Made by a program: the position numbers and the translations under genes. From contig CAXXMR010000012.1 of NCBI GenBank assembly GCA_963663805.2, positions 224,001-288,000 on the forward strand: a stretch of 64,000 bases of DNA, given 5' to 3'. Origin of the DNA: Sedimentisphaerales bacterium. GTDB lineage: Bacteria > Planctomycetota > Phycisphaerae > Sedimentisphaerales > SM23-30. Below the pieces are notes generated by a model. The model was not told the DNA's origin and did no database searches. It worked only from the letters and a program-made list of their open reading frames with translations. This document shows positions 58,739-64,000 of this stretch, in pieces. The stretch's first letter is position 1. Every line of letters starts with the position of its first letter.

Positions 58739-60265
58739 TTGATGATGGCTGAAAAGATAACCGCTCAAAGCTCTGTCGAGCAGCTTCCCGATGATGTTGC
58801 CACTCTTAAAGAGATGGTTCTGACGCTGTTGGGTCAGATTGATGATCTCAGCGGCCAGTTGTATTATCTCAAGCGGCAGTTGTTCGGCAAGAAAAGCGAA
58901 AAGCTCGATCCGGCTCAGCGTTTGTTGTTTGAAAATCTTTACGAGGAAGTTCAACAGAAGATTGAACAGCAGAAGCCCTCACGCGCCAAGGTTGTCAAAG
59001 GCCGTAAGAATGCTAATCATCAAGGCCGCAAGCCGCTGCCGGAAAATTTGCGCCGCGAAACTATCGACATTGAACCTGCCGAAGAAGAAAAAACCTGCCC
59101 GGTATGCCATAACGAAAAAGAACGTATCGGCGAGGAAGTAACCGAAAAGCTGGATTATGTGCCCGCATCTTTTTATGTTCAGCGTTATGTCAGAAGCAAA
59201 TACGCCTGCAAGGTTTGCGAGAATAATATCTCGATTGGCGAACTGCCGCCCATGGCGATCGACAAAGGCATTCCCGCTGAAGGTTTGCTGGCGTATATCA
59301 TAACGAGCAAGTATGCGGACCACCAGCCGTTGAACCGTCTGGAAGGTATTATTAAGCGGCACGGCGTGGAAATCAACGTCTCAACCATGTGCGACTGGGT
59401 GGGCAGTTGCGCTGAACTGCTGGAGCCGCTGGTCAAACGTATGCGGGAGAAGATTCAGCAGTCGGAAATCATTTATACCGATGATACCTCCATCCCCATC
59501 AAGAGCAAAAACCGTAAAGGATCCACGTATAAGGGCTATTTGTGGGTTTATATCGATACTGATTATAATGTGGCGTTTGATTTTACGCCGACGCGTTCGC
59601 GCGAAGGTCCGCTAAATTTTATCGGCAGAGATTATCAGGGTTTTGTGCATGCAGATGCTTATAGCGGCTATGATGAACTGTTTCGGGCTACCGATGCCGT
59701 TGAGGTGGCTTGTAATGCGCATGCGCGGCGGAAGTTTGAATACGCTTTAGACAGCGACCCGGTGCGGGCGGCACATTTTATGGTGCTCTGGGGTAAGCTT
59801 TATGAAATCGAGCGACGGGCAAAAGCGGAAAAATATTCGCCGGAGCAACTTTTGCAAGCCCGCCAGGAAGAAGCCCTGCCGATCTTTGCCGAAATCCGGG
59901 CGAAGCTGGATGAGTATCAGGGACAGGTTCTGCCTAAAAATAATATGGGCAAAGCCGTCACCTACGCCCTGAACCAGTGGGATGCCCTAGTCCGCTATAC
60001 CAGCGACCCACGGCTGAGCATCGATAATAATCTTTCGGAACGAACGCTGAGAATGGTAGTCATTGGCCGAAAAAATTATATGTTCGCCGGCAGCGAAGCC
60101 GGAGCCGAACGCGCCGCCATAATCTACAGCCTGGTCGCCGGCTGCAAACTCCACAATCACGACCCATTCGCGTATTTCAATTATGTCCTCAGAAAAATCT
60201 CCACCACCGGCGCCAACCAAATCGACACCCTCCTGCCCGCCAACTGGAAAACCCCGCAAAATTAA
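58739..60265 (+). CDS. tnpC: IS66 DDE transposase TnpC
   Basis: LFGKKSEK, GRKPLP, zinc ribbon CP.C..C..C, KY.DH.PL.R, DDT, DAYSGY, C.AH.RRKF and DNN.SER.LR. Confidence 0.96.
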   Translation: MMMAEKITAQSSVEQLPDDVATLKEMVLTLLGQIDDLSGQLYYLKRQLFGKKSEKLDPAQRLLFENLYEEVQQKIEQQKPSRAKVVKGRKNANHQGRKPLPENLRRETIDIEPAEEEKTCPVCHNEKERIGEEVTEKLDYVPASFYVQRYVRSKYACKVCENNISIGELPPMAIDKGIPAEGLLAYIITSKYADHQPLNRLEGIIKRHGVEINVSTMCDWVGSCAELLEPLVKRMREKIQQSEIIYTDDTSIPIKSKNRKGSTYKGYLWVYIDTDYNVAFDFTPTRSREGPLNFIGRDYQGFVHADAYSGYDELFRATDAVEVACNAHARRKFEYALDSDPVRAAHFMVLWGKLYEIERRAKAEKYSPEQLLQARQEEALPIFAEIRAKLDEYQGQVLPKNNMGKAVTYALNQWDALVRYTSDPRLSIDNNLSERTLRMVVIGRKNYMFAGSEAGAERAAIIYSLVAGCKLHNHDPFAYFNYVLRKISTTGANQIDTLLPANWKTPQN

Positions 60266-60411
60266 CCCGCCCCAACCGCAATCCACCAATTGTCAGCCAA
60301 GGTGTACTTGGCCGGAAACTTACGGCGTAACGTAAGGTTCCGGCCAAGTGCATCTTGCGGGGTTCTTTGAAAAATTGATAATACGGCTCATGATTTAATG
60401 GAGAGGCAATC

Positions 60412-60762
60412 ATGGGCAAAGCGCGAAAATCTGATACGGAACAGCGGCAGTTTTGGCGGATGGTGCTGGAGACATTTCAATCCAGTGGGTTATCCGTTCG
60501 TCAGTTTTGTCGGCAGGAAGGTTTATCTGGGCCATCTTTTTATTCCTGGCGCAGGCGTCTGACCCAAGCCCGAAACTCTGATTACGACAGCAAGTCAGAG
60601 GCGCAGCCGGAGGCCTTCATTCGCGTTTCGATGCCCCCGTCCCAGCCCGGTTCTCTGGAGCTTGTTCTGGCGGCTGGCCATACATTGCGGATACCTTCAA
60701 ATATCGACGATGCATTTTTAACCGGCGTTCTTTCCGCGCTAAAACAGGCAAAGCTATGCTAA
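60412..60762 (+). CDS. tnpA: IS66 TnpA (copy 2)
   Basis: Identical protein to 57922-58272. Confidence 0.92.
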   Translation: MGKARKSDTEQRQFWRMVLETFQSSGLSVRQFCRQEGLSGPSFYSWRRRLTQARNSDYDSKSEAQPEAFIRVSMPPSQPGSLELVLAAGHTLRIPSNIDDAFLTGVLSALKQAKLC

Positions 60763-61115
60763 CTCTGCCCCCGGCGGTGAAGATTTTCATTTACTCTCAG
60801 CCGACGGATATGCGTTGCGGTTTTAACAAGCTTTCGATGCTGGCGGAAAACTTCATGCTTCAAGATTCGTTCAGCGGCCATCTGTTTGTGTTCTTCAATA
60901 AACGCGGCGACAAATGTAAGATTCTTTTCTGGGACCGCACCGGATTCGTCGTTTGGTATAAGCGGCTGGAGGAAGGCACGTTTGAAAAAATCCCCGGCAA
61001 AAATAATCAGGCATCAATCGAAGTTGATATTGCCAAGCTAAGCTGGATACTGGAAGGCATTGATTTATTTCGCAGTCGCCGCCGAAAACGCTATGAGCGT
61101 AAAAGCTCGCTATAG
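60756..61115 (+). CDS. tnpB: IS66 TnpB (copy 2)
   Basis: Identical protein to 58266-58625. Confidence 0.95.
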   Translation: MLTLPPAVKIFIYSQPTDMRCGFNKLSMLAENFMLQDSFSGHLFVFFNKRGDKCKILFWDRTGFVVWYKRLEEGTFEKIPGKNNQASIEVDIAKLSWILEGIDLFRSRRRKRYERKSSL

Positions 61116-61228
61116 GCTCTTAGAGTTAAGAATATTACATATTTTCTCATTTTTATGCTTGCTTTTTTCATCATTTCGCTTATCATAATCTCATCGTTAA
61201 GGATGACGAAGTTACTAAACGTTACGGA

Positions 61229-62755
61229 TTGATGATGGCTGAAAAGATAACCGCTCAAAGCTCTGTCGAGCAGCTTCCCGATGATGTTGCCACTCTTAAA
61301 GAGATGGTTCTGACGCTGTTGGGTCAGATTGATGATCTCAGCGGCCAGTTGTATTATCTCAAGCGGCAGTTGTTCGGCAAGAAAAGCGAAAAGCTCGATC
61401 CGGCTCAGCGTTTGTTGTTTGAAAATCTTTACGAGGAAGTTCAACAGAAGATTGAACAGCAGAAGCCCTCACGCGCCAAGGTTGTCAAAGGCCGTAAGAA
61501 TGCTAATCATCAAGGCCGCAAGCCGCTGCCGGAAAATTTGCGCCGCGAAACTATCGACATTGAACCTGCCGAAGAAGAAAAAACCTGCCCGGTATGCCAT
61601 AACGAAAAAGAACGTATCGGCGAGGAAGTAACCGAAAAGCTGGATTATGTGCCCGCATCTTTTTATGTTCAGCGTTATGTCAGAAGCAAATACGCCTGCA
61701 AGGTTTGCGAGAATAATATCTCGATTGGCGAACTGCCGCCCATGGCGATCGACAAAGGCATTCCCGCTGAAGGTTTGCTGGCGTATATCATAACGAGCAA
61801 GTATGCGGACCACCAGCCGTTGAACCGTCTGGAAGGTATTATTAAGCGGCACGGCGTGGAAATCAACGTCTCAACCATGTGCGACTGGGTGGGCAGTTGC
61901 GCTGAACTGCTGGAGCCGCTGGTCAAACGTATGCGGGAGAAGATTCAGCAGTCGGAAATCATTTATACCGATGATACCTCCATCCCCATCAAGAGCAAAA
62001 ACCGTAAAGGATCCACGTATAAGGGCTATTTGTGGGTTTATATCGATACTGATTATAATGTGGCGTTTGATTTTACGCCGACGCGTTCGCGCGAAGGTCC
62101 GCTAAATTTTATCGGCAGAGATTATCAGGGTTTTGTGCATGCAGATGCTTATAGCGGCTATGATGAACTGTTTCGGGCTACCGATGCCGTTGAGGTGGCT
62201 TGTAATGCGCATGCGCGGCGGAAGTTTGAATACGCTTTAGACAGCGACCCGGTGCGGGCGGCACATTTTATGGTGCTCTGGGGTAAGCTTTATGAAATCG
62301 AGCGACGGGCAAAAGCGGAAAAATATTCGCCGGAGCAACTTTTGCAAGCCCGCCAGGAAGAAGCCCTGCCGATCTTTGCCGAAATCCGGGCGAAGCTGGA
62401 TGAGTATCAGGGACAGGTTCTGCCTAAAAATAATATGGGCAAAGCCGTCACCTACGCCCTGAACCAGTGGGATGCCCTGGTCCGCTATACCAGCGACCCA
62501 CGGCTGAGCATCGATAATAATCTTTCGGAACGAACGCTGAGAATGGTAGTCATTGGCCGAAAAAATTATATGTTCGCCGGCAGCGAAGCCGGAGCCGAAC
62601 GCGCCGCCATAATCTACAGCCTGGTCGCCGGCTGCAAACTCCACAATCACGACCCATTCGCGTATTTCAATTATGTCCTCAGAAAAATCTCCACCACCGG
62701 CGCCAACCAAATCGACACCCTCCTGCCCGCCAACTGGAAAACCCCGCAAAATTAA
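61229..62755 (+). CDS. tnpC: IS66 TnpC (copy 2)
   Basis: Identical protein to 58739-60265. Confidence 0.96.
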   Translation: MMMAEKITAQSSVEQLPDDVATLKEMVLTLLGQIDDLSGQLYYLKRQLFGKKSEKLDPAQRLLFENLYEEVQQKIEQQKPSRAKVVKGRKNANHQGRKPLPENLRRETIDIEPAEEEKTCPVCHNEKERIGEEVTEKLDYVPASFYVQRYVRSKYACKVCENNISIGELPPMAIDKGIPAEGLLAYIITSKYADHQPLNRLEGIIKRHGVEINVSTMCDWVGSCAELLEPLVKRMREKIQQSEIIYTDDTSIPIKSKNRKGSTYKGYLWVYIDTDYNVAFDFTPTRSREGPLNFIGRDYQGFVHADAYSGYDELFRATDAVEVACNAHARRKFEYALDSDPVRAAHFMVLWGKLYEIERRAKAEKYSPEQLLQARQEEALPIFAEIRAKLDEYQGQVLPKNNMGKAVTYALNQWDALVRYTSDPRLSIDNNLSERTLRMVVIGRKNYMFAGSEAGAERAAIIYSLVAGCKLHNHDPFAYFNYVLRKISTTGANQIDTLLPANWKTPQN

Positions 62756-62822
62756 CCCGCCCCAACCGCAATCCACCAATTGTCAGCCAAGGTGTACTTG
62801 GCCGGAAACTTACGGCGTAACG

Positions 62823-63119
62823 GCGCTTTTGTCATAGCTCTGCTGATTAAATCAGAAGAGTTCTGACAAAAGAATCAGAGCTCTGACGAAATGATTTGCT
62901 TTGCTGACAAAGTCAGCAGATCGCTGCACAAAGGAATCGTTCCGCTGACAAAGTCAACAGAGCGACGACAAAAGGAATCATTACGCTGACAAAGTCAGAA
63001 GAGTTCTGACCAAAGGAATCATAGCGCCGACTTTGTCAGCAGAGCGCTGATTTAATCAGCAGAGCTGCGACAAAAGAATCTGGCCGCTGATTTAAGCGCA
63101 GTCTTGCCGACAAAAGCGC
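62823..63119. repeat. Non-coding degenerate tandem array (~15 units of 20-21 bp) with inverted termini
   Basis: Units such as GCTGACAAAGTCAGCAGAGC alternate with (G/T)CTGACAAA(A/G)GAATC..; the ends are GCGCTTTTGTC and GACAAAAGCGC. Confidence 0.85.
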
Positions 63120-63154
63120 TGCCCCGCCGCTTTAAGAATAGAACCGCCGCCGAA

Positions 63155-64000
63155 TGGTGATTAGTATTGAAAATGGAGCCAGATTTGCATCGAAATCTGA
63201 GCCACTTAGGTTAGTAAAATAACGCCGATTTCGGCGTTGTCAATAGGGATTCTGGTCCTTTTTCGTTGGATTGAGGCTTTCTTAGCCTTCTTTTTTCCGT
63301 TTTTTCTCTAAACTCTGGTTAAGTCGCCAGCTGTCGGTTATGATTTCGACCACGCTCACATGGTGGGTCAGTCGGTCCAGCAGAGCACCGGCTAATCTTT
63401 CATCATCGCCAAAGACCTGGGGCCAATCGGCGAATGGCAGATTCGTTGTTACGATCAGGCTGGTTTGTTCATAGCACTGGCTGAAAAAGCCGAACAGATG
63501 TTCCGCTCCGATACGGTCGAACGGGACATAGCCCAGTTCATCGATGATGATCAGGTCGCATTTTTTTATATAGCTCTCTAATTTCAACACCGCTCTTTCC
63601 TGTCGGGCTTCGAGATACGTATTAACCAGTTCAGCAGCGGTAAAGAACCGCACTTTATAACCTCGTCGGCAGGCTTCCCGGCCGAGGGCGATGGCCAGAT
63701 GACTTTTACCCACGCCCGGCGGGCCGGTAAAGACGATATTACTGCGGCGGTCGATAAAGCCGCACATCGAAAGGTCGATAATCTGTTTTTTATTTATCTG
63801 CGGCACGGCCATAAAATCAAAACTTTCAAGTTCCTTAGTCATGGGGAAGTTTGCCTGTTTCAATCTCCTGGCGATGGCCTGCGACTGTCGATGAAAGACT
63901 TCGATTTCGGCCAGTCTTTGCAGGTAACTTTCATAGGATTCGTTTGCCTGGGCGGATGCCCGGGCAATTGTCTGATACTCTTTTTGAATTGTCGGAAGCT
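63155..64000 (-). mobile_element. IS21-family element, right end (continues beyond window)
   Basis: istB plus a terminus beginning TG with two tandem sub-terminal repeats (TATTGAAAATGGAGCCA / CATCGAAATCTGAGCCA), typical of IS21 ends. Confidence 0.8.
63282..64000 (-). CDS. istB: IS21 helper ATPase IstB (5' partial)
   Basis: The frame is open to the window edge (LPTI...SYESYL..L.E.E...R...AI.RRLK.A.FP). GPPGVGKSHLA, IIDELGY, TTNL.F..W and LDRL.HH. Confidence 0.95.
   Translation of the reverse strand, partial: LPTIQKEYQTIARASAQANESYESYLQRLAEIEVFHRQSQAIARRLKQANFPMTKELESFDFMAVPQINKKQIIDLSMCGFIDRRSNIVFTGPPGVGKSHLAIALGREACRRGYKVRFFTAAELVNTYLEARQERAVLKLESYIKKCDLIIIDELGYVPFDRIGAEHLFGFFSQCYEQTSLIVTTNLPFADWPQVFGDDERLAGALLDRLTHHVSVVEIITDSWRLNQSLEKKRKKEG

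Larger units (their letters stand above)
57842..60323 (+). mobile_element. IS66-family insertion sequence, copy 1 (2482 bp)
   Basis: Terminal IRs GTAAGGTTCCGGCCAAGTGCATCTTG / CAAGGTGTACTTGGCCGGAAACTTAC flank tnpA-tnpB-tnpC. Confidence 0.97.
60332..62813 (+). mobile_element. IS66-family insertion sequence, copy 2, flanked by 8-bp direct repeat GGCGTAAC
   Basis: Same IRs and ORFs, offset by 2490 bp. GGCGTAAC lies at 60324-60331 and 62814-62821. Confidence 0.97.

Noticed and set aside
60300..60345. Hybrid promoter at the IS66 IRR-IRL junction
   Set aside because: The candidate TTGGCC and TAACGT/TAAGGT boxes are spaced 14 or 19 bp apart, not about 17.
62823..63119. CRISPR array
   Set aside because: The units are contiguous and degenerate with no unique spacers, and there are no cas genes in the window.

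Overview
Bacterial chromosome segment, most likely from a Planctomycetota (Phycisphaerae/Sedimentisphaerales-like) anaerobe. The evidence is an LE.R.LL-type giant surface protein, PEP-CTERM proteins, a dockerin-like tailed secreted protein and an exosortase operon. In order along the window: tilS (5' partial); a thiC plus homocysteine methyltransferase/MTHFR operon; a sugar TIM-barrel/Gfo-Idh-MocA pair; a GT4 gene; a DUF134-DUF5320-NifX-(MinD/ferredoxin ATPase)x2-NifX-PaaI-MBL operon with a palindromic operator; an 8.6-kb repeat adhesin; an HD-GYP regulator; a wza-exosortase-epsI-giant TPR-wzc operon; an acetyltransferase; a zinc-ribbon Ser/Thr kinase; an output-less PAS sensor; alkaline phosphatase; two GT4s; a CDF transporter; and ftsK-rimO-pgsA followed by an XPB-like helicase/Bax1(DUF790) pair. 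An AT-richer accessory stretch follows, with a duplicated 'crcB fragment + conserved leader + PEP-CTERM gene' module, a ~110-nt structured-RNA candidate, a large secreted protein, a head-to-tail IS66 dimer, a ~20.5-bp-period palindromic repeat array and the end of an IS21 element. About nine single-base frameshifts in short homopolymer runs look like sequencing errors. All calls come from motif recognition by eye; no database searches were run.
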